A stretch of 64,000 bases of DNA from Dimorphilus gyrociliatus (taxonomy: Eukaryota > Animalia > Annelida), in contig CAJFCJ010000004.1 of NCBI GenBank assembly GCA_904063045.1, positions 2,101,713-2,165,712 of the forward strand, in the 5' to 3' direction. Below the pieces are notes generated by a model that did not search any database, was not told the DNA's origin, and saw only the letters and a list, made by a program, of their open reading frames with translations. Below, piece by piece: positions 1 to 14,240 of this stretch (positions are counted from its first letter, which is position 1; every line of letters begins with the position of its first letter). A program made the translations under genes and the position numbers.

Positions 1-2662
1 GATTATCGCAGCAGAAGAACGCCTGCTGGATGTTGGGTTAAATAATAGTAATCCATTGAATAATTTTCATCCTTAATTACAATAATCGATATGTAAGAAG
101 AAACGTCGGGTTTCTATTAGATTCTTCTTAATTAGATAGTATTTAACTTCCTCTTAAGAATTTTAATTTCATTGAGTAGTAAGCCCTTTTTTTTCTGATT
201 TTGCATTCACCTCAAAATTTTTATTTATTAATTTCTCTTTTACGTTTTCTTTATTTTAGGTCTCAAGTGAAATTAAATTAATCATAATGAAATGAACGAA
301 TATAAAAATGTTAAACCTTAATAATGTCTCTTATCGCTGTTATATTTATTTAATATGTATTTTTTTTTTAAAAAAAATAATTTTTATAATATTTAAAGTG
401 TACTTTGATTTCTACAACAGTATATTAAAGGAATTCCTTATTTTTTTGCCTCTTCTTTTAATGATTAACTTTGAGAAATTTTAAAAGATTTACTATTAAA
501 TGGTAAAGTATGTTAGCTATTTAAAATCTAATCTGATAGGTGAAGGATATTCCTAAGAAAAGGAAAAACAACTTTTTCCTAAAGGAAAAGATCTTGTAAC
601 TATATACATAAAAAGAAGAAGAAAATACTATATAAATAAGTATCTAACGGTAGAGAATTTACAATAATTTATCTATAAATTGATAGTAGATTTACTGAAT
701 AGTAGCAACATTTGATACCGTTTGCTTTGCTGTAATCGAATAAGACTAATTAATTAAATCAAGGGTATGTCTTTACAGAATCTTGTAGAATCAGATTCCG
801 ATAATCAATAGGTTTAGAAATTATTTACTGGCTTCTCTATGCTTTAATACAATTATTAGTTCATACGCTTATATAAACAGTTATAGGCTGTAATGATAAA
901 AATTCGAACATATTCATCTAACGTTAGTTACTCTTCACTGAATCCAATCGCTCCTCTGATAGATTTTTCCGAAATGATATTTATTACTTAATTGATTTTT
1001 TGTTTCGTGATAATGCCTAAAACCTCCACACTTGTAAAATGTGTACATTGTGTCTTAAATGTTTTGTGTTTCGTGTTGTTTTATTTGAATAATAAGAAAG
1101 AATGAACTTATTTTATACTATTTGTCAAGTATGATAAAAACCTATTTTTATTTGAGAGATGTACTTTATAAAAAGGAAAGAAAGTTTTTTCCTCTTTTCA
1201 TTCATCTCTCTTCTCACCTCTTTCTTCAAGGGGTTTGTTATAATCGAAGAATGGCTTGCCAGCCTCCTTTATAATTTTGTGGCAGATATTACTGAAAGGA
1301 GTATGTCAGTGGCACACCAGATAAAACAGTAAAAATAAACTAAACACTTTTGTAACCATAAGATGAGCCTTATTTTATATATTAGTTCCAAATGATATGT
1401 CATCTTTAAAAGCCTTTCCTTTCTTCATATTTAATTAATTAGTAAATTTTACAAAACTGGCTAAATATAACGTAATATATGTATAATGTATAAATTTATA
1501 CTTGTAGATATACATACACACATATTATAACTATGAATATCTTTGTATGATATATTTTATATAAAATTTTGCTTGTAGGGAAATATATTGACTCTAAACA
1601 TCGCTTATACTGTGTCTAAAGTAAGAAGAGGAGGCAAAGCGGGTGGTAATTGTGCAATCAGTTAAAAACTTTGTACATTCAGATAAAGGTAAAGAAACAT
1701 ATTTTTGTTTCATAAGTTCTAAAAAAGGATATAAAGACTTTTTGTTAAGGGCAAATGACAAAGAAAGGTGCAGCCAGCTTATTACTTTTGTTAAAAACAC
1801 TATGAATTAAACTGTGCAATTATTAGACTGAGGTGTTTTATGTACAGAAATCCAACTATAAAGAAGTGATAGATGAACAATGATAGACAAAGAAATTGTA
1901 TAAGAAATTGTCACAGAAGGGTAGTCTTGCACTAAAATTAGTTTAACATTAAATATGACAATTAGTAACTTTCTAAAAGATCAAGAAAATTATGGAATGT
2001 AAACCAGGAGAAAGAAAAAAAACATAGCAACAGCAGGGGAAAAATAATCTCCATTATTACATATGAATTAACATCTAAATTAAGCTTACAAAGGAGCAAC
2101 CTACTACTAATTTCACCAGAACATTAAAGAATATATCCAAGAGAGAAAAGCTAATAACTGGAAAATTCTGAAAACCCCTAAAAGCACATGGAAGAGACTA
2201 AATGTTTATTGCAGTTATTGTAATTTAAAACTTAGGTAATGACAAAAAAATTGTAACTTTGACAAGACAAATTGCCTGCCTCATTACCAATAAAACCTGA
2301 AGAGAAGAAAAATAAAATCTTTTGAAAGAGACCATTTCGATGAAGGAGCAGTTGAAGCATAATCTCGAAGACAAAAATGACTCAAGAAAAATGAAAAAAA
2401 GAGTTTACGAATTTTGTAGCTATTTTGAAAGTGTACTTGTTAGTCTTCTACTATGGAGACACTTTATAATTGGGCATATACAGTTCTTTTAACTTTTCAA
2501 CCTTTAGAGAAAATATTTGAGAAATATTCTCTAAAGAAGAATTAAAACAACCGTTTTTGAAATAGCGATTACATTCAATCAATAATAAGGAATAGTCCTG
2601 AATGCCTTAACAATAGAAGAATGAATAGTAAATATTAAAAATCTCTGTAATATACATATACA

Positions 2663-2663
<1 letters not shown>

Positions 2664-2726
<63 letters not shown>
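2664..2726. repeat. Compound microsatellite (TA)n(GA)n
   Basis: Directly visible, 3' of the ankyrin gene. Confidence 0.95.
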
Positions 2727-2729
<3 letters not shown>

Positions 2730-2986
2730 GAAAGAAAGAGATGAATCCTATTCCAAAATATAACACTGTATTCAGTCATTTTGAATATGTAAGGCACTTT
2801 GAAAGATACAATGTTTGAAAATATCCTTCTTATTTGTAAAACTATTCAGCATTACTTGTTTCAAACAAAAAGTAACTAATTTTCAATTGTATTTCAGTTA
2901 AAAATGAATTTTCTTTTCGTAAGTCTTTTGAAGAGAGAAAAAATGCAAAGAAGATAGAAGGTTCTTTTTCAGACTAATTTTTACTG

Positions 2987-5900
2987 TCATAGAGTTAATG
3001 CCCGTAAGACGTCTTTATAACCATTCTTTTTTGCAATATCGAATGCAGTTTTACCATTTGATGTTTTAGAGTTGGCCATTCCCCCAGCACGAATTAAAAG
3101 TCTAACAATCGGAGCGTGACCTTCCGCTGCTGCCAGGTGCATAGCTGTCAGTCCTCCTATCTTATTAAAAGTTTGCTTGGCATTTACGTCACTTCCTGAC
3201 TCCAGGAGTTTCCTTACTATCTGTCTATTTCCAAATTGAGATGCCAAATGTAATGCTTGAAGATGTTCAGATCCTTGGAAATATGCCAATCTTCCTACAT
3301 CCGCTCCGTTCTCTAACAGGAAAATAACGCAATCTAGTTTGTTGTGTCTCACTGCCATGTGTAATGGGGTGAAACCAGCGCTATCTTGCACATTTAAGTC
3401 AAATCCCATTTCTAATAATACTTGAATGGTTTTAGTATGACCATTTTCTGCCGCTAGATGGAGTGCTGTTATACCAGTTCTACCGCTAGATGATTTCACA
3501 GCATTTAGGTCAGCACCGGCTGTTATGAGATATTTAATAATTGCATAATGTCCTGAATTAGATGCTTGATGTAGAGCTGTAATACCACTATTCCCGTCAA
3601 CTTCACCAGCAATTTCAGTATCCACTCTTGCGGCTAACAAAGTCCTCACAACATCCACATGACCATTTTGCGAAGCGAAATGAAGGGGTGTAAAACCAAC
3701 TCCATCTCTACAGCAGCCATTGGCACCATAACTTAAAAGAACTTTAACAGTGTTTACATGACCCATTGCTGATGCTAAATGTAAAGGAGTGATATTTTTC
3801 AAACTCCCTTGCTTTTTAAATGGTTCGATTGGACTTTTATAGTCAACTAAAAGTTTTACTATCTCTGTATGACCATGTTGAGCAGCCTGATGAATGGGTA
3901 AACAATCTTCATGACCATCAAAAGCAGCGGCAGAGGTAACAATTCCTCCTGAGCGTAAAAGACATAGAGCAATGTCATAATAATTGCAGCTAGCCGCCCA
4001 GTGCAAAGCAGTCCATCCATTTGATTTTTTAGCATTTACATTGCAGCCAGCATTTACTAGTTCTAGAACGGTATCTGTTTGTCCACTTTCCGCTGCTAAA
4101 TGAAGCGCAGTTATACCCGAATCTGATTTCCACTTTTTACCAACATTCAAGTTTGCGTTTGCTTTGATTAAACTTCTGACTATATGAATATGGCCACCTT
4201 GAGCAGCCTGGTGAAGGGGAGTTACATGGAAATTATTATCAAAACTCGCTCTAACGTCGCTTTTTGCTTTATTTTCCAATAATAAATCAACCATTTTACG
4301 AAAACCTTGTTCGCAAGCAGTATGCAAAGGTAGCCATCCGTCGTTTCTAGGTTTATTCACATCAGCTCCATGGCGGAGTAATAAACTCGCCATATCCAAA
4401 TCGTTATTTCTAACAGCCAAATAAATAGGTGTGAATCCACCTAAACCATCGTAAGTTTTAGTCGCATTAACATTTGCCTTAAATTCCAAAAGAACTGATG
4501 CAACCCCTAATGATTTATTCATTACCGCCAAATGGAGAGGTGTTACTTTGGTTAATGAATTAAATTGGGCTTCTTTATCGCAATTTGCATGATATTCTAA
4601 TAAAATTTTGACAATCTCGATAATACCATGTTCAGCAGCTGTATGGAGAACGGTAAAACCATCTTTTAGTTCAATATTGGGATCAGCTCCAAGCTCCAAT
4701 AAGGTTTTTACTACGTTAAACAAGTGATTTTCAACAGCCAAATACAATGGTGTTATTTCTCCTCCTTCCTCTGATTTTGCTTTTATATTTACATCGCATC
4801 CTGCATCACTTAAAAGTTTCACTATTTCTTCTTTGTTTATAAGGATAGCCATATGGAGAAGACTTACGCCAGATGAGCTTTGTGGTTCTTCTATACTACA
4901 TTTAATCTTTAATAATTCTTCAACAACTTCTGTATTACCTTCTTTCACAGCTAAAAATAGCACAGTACTACCCGAAGAAGTTTTTGCATTAATATCACAG
5001 CCGAAATTCAATAAGTCCAAAAGTAGAGAGGCATGACCACAGACGGCAGCTAAATGAAGGACGCTTACATCGTAAACTTCCGCTATTTGACATGTTTTTG
5101 TTAGGTCACTGCCATTTCTTATAAGTAAATCAACAACCGCTTTTTCACCGGTTCTAACTGCCAAATGTATAGGTAAGAGATCAAAACAATCTTCGTAAGT
5201 AGCTATCTTGTCGATTGCACAGTTTTGTTTCAATAGCAATTTAGTAATCTGTAAAATTGTAAAAGTTTATTGATTTAAAGCTTAATAATATTAGAATTAC
5301 TTCAGAATTTCCGTTTTGAGCAGCAAGATGAATTGGAGTAAATCCATCACTGGCTTGAGCATTAATATCAGCGCCGTATTCAATAAGTAGGGTTACAATA
5401 TCAACGTTACCAGTACTACACGCCAAGTGTAATGCAGTAATGTTTTCAGCTTCAACACAAGACTTTCCCTGTGAAAAGAAAACACTTTATAAGTTACAAG
5501 TACTTTTGAATGGACGAAATGTTTGCTAAGAACAAAGTCAATAGGACGTTCACTAATCAATATAGTATTGATCATTAGAAAAAAGGTTCTTAAAAAATTA
5601 ATTCATTTCAAATTAAAAACAAATTCGTACCAGAGATATATCTGCTACATTTCCTGGTGCTTTATGCTCTAGAAGAGCCTTCACAACTTCTAAATTACCA
5701 AATTCAGCAGCACAGTGTAAAGCTGTTCCGCCGTCGCTTGCTTGAATATTTATCTTGGCTCCCGCCTCAAGGAGAATCTTAACAACTTCTGTACAGCCTC
5801 TAGCTGATGCCGCATGAAGTGCTGTTATATTCTTATGCATGCCAAAAACTTTTGTAGCATTTAAATCAGCTCCTCCTTTAATTAATTTCTGCACAATTTT

Positions 5901-6308
5901 ACTACTTCCACTTCTAGCAGCAATATAAAGTGGCGTCACATCCGATCCAACAATGAATAAATCATTCCTGTATAAATCACAATCTCTTGGTAATAAGGTG
6001 ACCTGTGTTGAATCTCTTGACATATTCCATCTTGTTTTATAAGAATCGCTTCCCTTACAGTTCACTTTGCATCCCGCTTTAAGGAATTTTTCAACGAGAT
6101 TTTCTAAATTGTACCAAGCTATAAGATGTAAACAAGAAATATCTGAGATATTTGTGGCCTTAGGATCAGCTCCAGAGATAAGGAGGACATCAAGTATAAT
6201 TTTGCAGTTCTTCAAGTCCTTTTCGTGATCAACATCTTCAGTCAATTCAAACATTTTATGTGCATTCCCGTATACCCATAGACAATAGTGGAGAGGTGTC
6301 CATCTATC
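2987..6308 (-). CDS. Large ankyrin-repeat protein (~28 repeats, ~1035 aa from three supported exons; 5' end uncertain)
   Basis: Exons (minus) 6308-5631, 5468-5301 and 5248-2987 join in phase 0 via GT-AG introns of 162 and 52 bp. Continuous TPLH/TALHxAA...G...IV.LLL..GA.VN repeats. A candidate first exon ends in ATG|GTATAC at 6998-6996. Confidence 0.9.
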
Positions 6309-7063
6309 CTTTAAAGAAAACAAGGTTTATACAGCATATCTGTGATGTTGTAATGTAAATAGCAACATTAATTAATCAATAATGTTTCAATTGCAGTCTT
6401 TATTAGCATTCTACTGATCTAAATTTGTGAATAATAGTATATAATAATATTTACAATTGCTCTTAGTCACAGTTATTGGAAGGAATCATAATCCTTTAGG
6501 GTTAAATTAGAACAATTAAGCAGTCTTCTGATTTAAGAGATAAAATCTGTGGCCTTGAGATACAAGCCTACAGTATACAGTATTTATATATATATGTTAA
6601 AATAAAGAATTTGTGTTGTTTTGAATAAGAAAGATTAGGGATTTATCAAATCAAAATGATATAATCCGCAATAAAGGTTGCTCACCCTATCCCTTGCGTT
6701 AACTATGTGAAAATGGGGACTATCCCTTAATACTTTCTTTACTTTTTCAAGATCATTCATATACACGGCTAGAAATAAGTCCAAGCTCTAAAAGCACATT
6801 AAAATAAACAAGTATTAATATCATTGATTAGGTGTTATTAAAAATAGAAAGAAAAACCGTGGAATAGTCTTCCAAGCTGTTTTGTGGAGCATATTTTGTA
6901 TATCTCTTATCCTTATTCATCTTTTGAGTAATCCTGTGTAATTATACATCAAATCCCTTTCATAAAATATATATTAATACTAAGAAAAGGTATACCATCA
7001 GGTCACATCCGTTGTTTCTAAGGACGCTTCGATCAAAACCATATGTTCTCTCAGTGGCGCCAA

Positions 7064-7073
7064 GTCACGTGAC
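7064..7073. promoter_or_regulatory. Palindromic extended E-box GTCACGTGAC (MiT/TFE CLEAR- or USF-type) near the presumed ankyrin gene promoter
   Basis: AGTCACGTGACT at 7063-7074, about 65 bp upstream of the candidate ATG exon. Motif match only. Confidence 0.4.
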
Positions 7074-8342
7074 TCGTTTGTTTATTGATCTGCAAATTCA
7101 ATACGCACAGTTTCGCTGAGTGAGATTGATTTTTATCCGTTTATAGGCTGAAAACTGTTTTATCGATTATCGTATAACAGTTCATTGTTCAAGTATTTGA
7201 ATGGTTCAATTTGAATAATTTATTCAACAATAACATTGTAATCTCATGAATAATTATCGGAAATTTAATTTTAATATCCGGTAAAACGAATATTTCGAAT
7301 ATATTAGTACATTATTAAAGTTTTCAGATTAATAGAAAAGCAATAAAGGAAAAAGATAGAAAAAGAAATCAATAGTTGTATTGTTTATTTTTATAAATAA
7401 AAGAATGTGCGCTAAAGAGAACATTAGTTGAAACTTTTGCAGGTGTTTATTTATTGATCTCTGTCAAGGTACAAAATGCTTATAATAGACAGATTTTGTC
7501 GCTAAGTTACATTCCAATTTAATAAAGTTATAAAAACTATATTAAAATGGCATACAAACAGTTTGTTTTAACGATCATGGTTATATTTCTTTTTAACTAT
7601 TCTTACTAGTATGATGCATTCTAAATACTATAGTTTATTCTATATCCATGAAGTATATAAATAATCATTAATATATTAGGTTTAATTGAAACTGTTACGA
7701 AAATTGATTTCATATCTATTTAAACGATTTCTTTTATTCCATTTCCTTTAATTAAACACTAAACTAATTCGCGAGATTCAAATATATATACAATATGTTA
7801 TTATAGTATTTATGTAAATATGCTGTATATGTACTGTCCATATATAGATATATATAAATATTATAGAAACAATATACTGTATAATAAATGGACAAAAACA
7901 ATACGAATATTTACAATAATAGTCTATAAATAAGTAAAATATATATATTTATCGTAAATTTCGATTTTTCATACATCACTCGAAATCAACAGAGCCTTCA
8001 TTTTTTCAGTGGAGGATATTTAATCTCTGTGTTTCCTATGGATATTTAAACGATATCTGACCTAATTAAATTTCAAAATTTTTTAATAAAATACATTTGC
8101 TTATATATATTTGTCTCGTGTATTGATACAAATGTGTATTCAGACATTGTATGTAAGTTTAAAAGTAAATCATAAAATGCATGATAGTTAATTCTATTTT
8201 TAATAAAAATCGAAGAAATTTATTTTTCTTTTATTCAACCAATTTTTTTTATTTGCTGTTTTTTTGCAGTTTTAAAGAATAATATGATTAAGTTTTTACA
8301 AATAAGTACCATTCACAAGAGTTATTCAAAATATTCAAAGAA

Positions 8343-8382
<40 letters not shown>
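8343..8382. repeat. (TC)n microsatellite
   Basis: Directly visible. Confidence 0.95.
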
Positions 8383-8384
<2 letters not shown>

Positions 8385-9178
8385 AAACACTCTCTTCTTC
8401 TCCCCCTCACACACGTAAACACTTGTTTTTATCAAACTAATCGTATTAAAAGTTAGAATATGCGAAAGCAAGTAGTGTTTTTCTGCACTTTTTAGTGTTT
8501 TATATTTCACAAGTATGAACGTTGAAGCCTGCAAAAGTACTTTAAAAAAATCCCTGAAATGTTTCACTAACAGAATTAGCGATTGTAGTTGATTATCAGT
8601 GTATTTAAACTTGTATAAAGTATGGAAGAACTTTGGCATTGTTCAGTATATACACTATACTTAAATTCTATTTTATACATATATATTTATATATCATGTA
8701 GATAATCCCTGTTTGCTCCTTTATTATCTGCTAATCGCCCGCTGTTTTTAGTTTTATAATAATAAAGATATTATATAAAAAAATGAAAGAATAAAGTATC
8801 GTAGTGAATTATTGAATTGAACAAAGAAGTATTACACGTGTTACCCCTAGTTTTTGTTAAAAATAATATAAAAAGTATAAATGTTTTATGTTTGTTGAAT
8901 AATAATGAAGATTATTCATCACTTTTAGAGTTTGTTTTTTCTTTTCATTCTTTCTCTCTCTCTCAATCTCTCGGCTAACAGGCCGATTCTATTGCGACAA
9001 TCGTGTCTTATCTTTTGAACGAATCTTCTATAAATTTATTCCATGGACGTTCCCATGGTACCGTTACCAATTATGCCTATAATTAACAGGTGAACAAAAT
9101 TTTGTAGGCCTGGTTAGTCGATATTGGCAACATCTGCATAACATTTTGTACAAAATTTGCTGCTGAACATTAAAAACT

Positions 9179-12100
9179 ATGGACCGTTCGAATGTCGATA
9201 GTGCTTTCGAACGCTTTATCACGTCCACAATAGCTACATTGATTACAATAATTTTTTCATGGCGTCTTCTTGTCGAAATGAACGACGTTCCACCTGCCCG
9301 ACAGGAGGCGCTTGAGGTGAAAGAGACGCCTGTACAAAGGGATATAGACATCGATTCTGATTCTGAGAGCGAAAATTCAGGTATTTCAGCCGTTTTAGCT
9401 CGACCTCTGGAAGCGATAACGGAAGAGGACACCGATGATTTATCTGAAGTCGAAGATAAGGAAAAATTGATTCTTGTTACCATGGAAACAAGTGAAACTT
9501 GGATGTTTAATGATAATAGTCCAAACGATAGCCCGATAAAGGAGAGATTAAATTCTCAATTTACTTATAGTAAAGAATTAGATATACAGGTAGGATAAAT
9601 ATTTTCCGAATTTTAATAATTTTTCAACAATTTTTCTTTTAAAAAAAAAACTTTTAACTTTAAAAAAAAATTATTAAAAAAAAGTTCATACATTTCATTT
9701 TTTTCCCTTCTTTATGATGAAAAAACAAAATAGTTAGGCTTATTTTCAATTATAGAAATTAATATGATTCACAATAGTTATTAAAATAATAAATATAGCA
9801 ATTTTTATATTATATGTGAACAATAAATTAAAGTTATTTTGAATAGTTAAGAGAAATTCTTATAATATAAATTTTTCTATTTATAATCATGTGTGGACAA
9901 TACAATAAAAACTATAATAATTTGTACAATATACAGTATAACGACATACTTGTATATAAAATAGTATGAGCTTTGTTGTGTGTGTGTGTGTGTGTGTGTG
10001 TGTGGTCGCGTGTGGCTGTGTGTTTGTGTACTATATTAAACTGTGTATATTTTCATTCAAGTGTCAACAAACCTGATTTCAATCTCCAAAAAATATTTGA
10101 ATTAATAATGTAATTAAACCAGCTAATTAATTCTTTAATGATCTTTTGCTAAATTTGCATCAATATATCTGATTGATTATTGTTAAACTTTCAATTATTG
10201 ATTTCAGGACGATGTAGATAGTGATGAATTTCTCTTAATACCAAATTCAGCCAAGATATGTACAGCTGTTGCTACTAGTAAAGCTAAGGCGGAAGAGAAC
10301 AGTACCGTGGCATCTGCTAAAGCCACTGGACTAAATCCATACATAGCTGTTGCCAGAGCCACAGCAAAAGCTGCTTCAACTGCTTCAGCTAATCTACATA
10401 AAGATTCTCCTAGGCAATTAGACGTTACAATTTCTACTTCTGTTCGGCTTACGGATGATAATAGTAATTTTAGACCCTCGGAAGAGAAACAAAGTAACGG
10501 TTCAATTTTCTATGTTACAAAAAATCAGTTGGACGATGGCGAAATTTTAAAAGTTGTAAGGGAAGAAGTTCGTGTAGAGGACGAGACAGACTCTTTGAGT
10601 CCCTTGATTTTACAGAAAACTTTTTCTGGCGATAAAAATACAAAAGGTTTTGCCCATCATGGATTTTCATTTGGAGGAGCTGAAAGAAGAAGAATCCTAA
10701 CCGAGGGTGAAGACTATCAATCTTCCACGGATAGTCTTCGAAGACACGATTGGAACAGATCTAATAGCTCCCGAAATGAGGACCTCCTCAGTCTAAGAAG
10801 TTCAGATTGGATTGATAGAGAAACAATGGGCAGTGAAAATTGGAGTACTTTCTCCGAGAATCAGTGGGTTGAAATGGAGAGCGATAGTCAACCTTCTGGA
10901 AGAAAAAATCAGTTAGGAATGTCTGGATCTGAGAGTTTAGGAGAAACAAGTAACAACCAATCAACTGATATATCATTTTCAATAGACTCTAATACAACAT
11001 CGAGATTTTACACCGAATCTGATAGCAATCTAGACAACACATCAGAGGTAAATTTCAAGAAAAAGTCTTGGACGGATATCTTAACTGTACCATCCAAAAG
11101 TAAACCGAGAGAAAAAGAGATTCCATTTGAAAGAGTTGTCAGAAAAGTGTCTGATCGAAATTTCGGTGAGAAATATTCCGCGTCAGGCCCTAGTAGCCTT
11201 TCACGATCTGAGGGACTTGAAACGAATTATTCACAAAATTTCGATAATAGCCTCAGAGAGAATTTTTCCATTACACAAGAAAAGTGTGACGATCGATTCG
11301 AGGTTAACGATTGTTTAAGCCGCCAATCAACAAATAGGCCTAAAATCCCACCTGAGGGACCTGACAACAATAACTACACTGTGCTGGAAAGAGAACAGAA
11401 AGAAGGCCCTGGATATTCTAGTGAAGAAAGTAAGTTTATTTCTTTTCACTCTTTCTCGTCTATAATTTCCATATTGGAGTATAAACATTCAATATAAATT
11501 CTTCTATTACCAAATTCTAGAGTCGTCCGACTCAACTCTCAAAGACGAAGATAAAATGTTGAAATCAGCACCAAAATCAATTATTAAAAACGTTCCTCTC
11601 GTTCCTTTCTCGACGTTACCACAGCCAGTTCCTCTTAAAGATGAATTTGAAAAAAGAAAGAAGAGACATAAGCAGAATTCATTAAAGAACTTGATAGTTG
11701 TAGATATAGATATTGAAAATGATAAGAAACCTCAAAGGAAAAAGAAGCTATTGGAGAAAACTCTAAAGCATTTATCGGAATATAGGCCAAAGGTGCAAGA
11801 AATAACTAAAACAGATTGGAACCTTAAATTGAATAGACGCTACAAAAGTCAAGGAAATATGGCATCTCTATCATCATCAACTAGTTCAATAGTCGGACAG
11901 TTTTTTAACAATAGAGGTAGTTCTTGCACGAATTTATTAGAGACAGATATCGACAGTCTGGAACAAAGTCACGTCCAGGAAACAGATATCGACGAAGCGT
12001 GGGCGGAAAAATCTCAAAGTATGACAAATTTAAATAAATCGAAGGATGCTGAGAAGAAAAGATTCGTTCCTACTTTTTATACATCGGAAATTCAATTAGA

Positions 12101-14240
12101 TATTTGGAAATCATCGGAAAATCTTGATGTTCCTAAGTGGTTTAAAGATAATTATTCTGGAGAAAAAATCAATATCCTAAAGAAAAACCCCACGTTAGAT
12201 TCAAGTAATAAAAAATATAATACTCAAACTAATTCTAGTACAGACAAGGTGGATGGCAGACAAAAGCCTATTGTTATAGTCAAACGGGTGACAAAACCTC
12301 TATCGAAATCATGTGAATCTCTTAGAGCAGGGAGGAAACTTGAACATTTTGAACTGCCGAGTGCAAAGTTCAAGAAGCACGCACCACCAATAAAACCTAT
12401 TAAAATAATGAGTAAAGAGGATATACTTGGTAAAACTCCCCCAAAAATTCCCCAAAAAACTGATGAATGCCGTGAGGCATATCTAAAATATCGTATGCAA
12501 ATGAGTATCAATTCCGCTAAAGATGGGCCAGATGGTGCTCAAAATCCTCTTTCATATATTAAAGACGACCGTAAGCAATTCTTTAACGATCCAATTTTAT
12601 TAAATGATGTAAACACAAACGACAAAGTTAATATTTCAGGAGAACTCTCAGAGAGCTCTCTTGCGAATGGACAAAATAAAAATAATGAACATCAAGATGA
12701 CCCAAATTCAATAAATAAGTTTGATGCCAATAAATATATCATTAACAAAGATAGAAACATTGAAAAAGAAGAAAGTCTACCAAATGACAAATCGAATATC
12801 CAAAATGGAGATGAAAGAGCTATTTCCCGCTGGGATGATGATATTGACAAACCAAACTTTATTAGAAGAGAAAATGAAATTCAACAGAACACAAGAGAGT
12901 TACAGAACGAGTCAGAAAGTAAATTTGAAGATGGTTTTCCAGTTCTAACACTTCAAATGAGTCCAGGGTCAAGGAGGAGATTGCGAAGTCCTATTTTACC
13001 AAAGAAGGATGTCCAAATTCAACTAACCAAGACAGACTCTGATATCGACATCGAACGTGTATTTAATCAGCTACTGGGAAATAATGAATGCCTTGGCGAT
13101 GACGACAGATCAAATATTGAAATTGTCGGAACGGAAGAGTCCAACATAGGAGTATCAAAGTTTGCCAGAAGAGAGTCTGTTTCAAGTTTTGAAGAGAAGT
13201 TAACATTCACTGACGTTCCTATTGAAAGTTACGATATGCCTACTAAATCAAAACCTCTTAGACCAAGCGTCAGACGACTGGGAGATTTACCTGATAAAGA
13301 TTCGCTTGGCATTGAAATAAAATGTAGAAATTCCTTTTGTAACAAAAGGGTTCCCTTCTCCTCGGCTAGGGAAACCTACAAAACTTGCCACAGTTGTTAC
13401 ACATACTATTGCAGTAGAGATTGTAGAACTCAACATTGGGACCAACATAAACGTAAATGTTTATATTCTAAAGTAAATTCATTATGTAAGAACATACTAA
13501 AGAAAATACACGACGAGAAGAAATTACTTTACGAGTTTTCAAAGAAGGCTAGAACTGGCTTTTTAACCAAAGGACGTGGTTGCTTAATTTTAGTCTTCAA
13601 AGATCAGAGAAAATCTGAAGACTTTTTAAATATTGGAAATTTGAAATCATTGCATCTTAGCCCTTTATATGTTAGCTTGAATGATTTAAAGAGAGCTAGC
13701 GATGAGAAATCTGGTCATTTATCAGAACTAATTGATATGGTTAATTCTTATAATCCAGATTTAAAATGGGTCATGGATGTTGAGATCGTTGCCTCTGAGT
13801 TAGAATATCAACACAGGCCGAAACCTCGTAAGACAGGACCTGTTATTAAGAGATGTGTTAAATTAAGATTAAGCAATGATTTTACGAAACAAAAGAGGTC
13901 CGTTCCAGAATATGAAACACTTATTCTAACGGCTGTTCCTGGTTCGGAATTCTCTGAGAATTTAGATGAAAAGAAAGCCAGAGAATTATGTTTTGCAAAT
14001 ATTCAAAGAAAATTTCAGGAAAGAGGCGTCAACTTGCAAAAAGAATTTACGAAAGTTTATGGTCAGTTATGTAGATTTGTGGAGAATAATGAGCATTTTA
14101 GCCCAATATCTATCTATCCAATTGATAGAAGAACTGGAAAAAAGTTTATGTGCTTGATTATGCCTGATTCTGAGCCAGAAATTGAATGGATTACTCAGCC
14201 CGATATTGCTGCTGAATTGGACTTGAGTACCGATTTATAA
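9179..14240 (+). CDS. AJM1: Apical junction component 1 (AJM1/AJM-1)-like protein with MYND-type zinc finger, ~1450 aa
   Basis: Exons 9179-9589, 10208-11429 and 11521-14240 (4353 nt, in frame, GT-AG). A long low-complexity Ser/Glu/Lys region precedes CRNSFC...TCHSCYTYYCSRDCRTQHWDQHKRKC and a globular C-terminal region that I recognise as AJM1-like. Orthology not computed. Confidence 0.7.
9977..10004. repeat. (TG)n microsatellite in AJM1-like intron 1
   Basis: Directly visible. Confidence 0.95.

Noticed and set aside
1-90. GC-richer open stretch at the window edge (IIAAEERLLDVGLNN...)
   Set aside because: Could be the end of a gene outside the window, but it is too short and has no recognisable motif.
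1800-2560. A-rich, strand-biased tract with faint LINE-endonuclease-like words (LITGKF, RDHF)
   Set aside because: Many stops, motifs are not convincing, and there is no second copy. Cannot support a TE call without a repeat library search.
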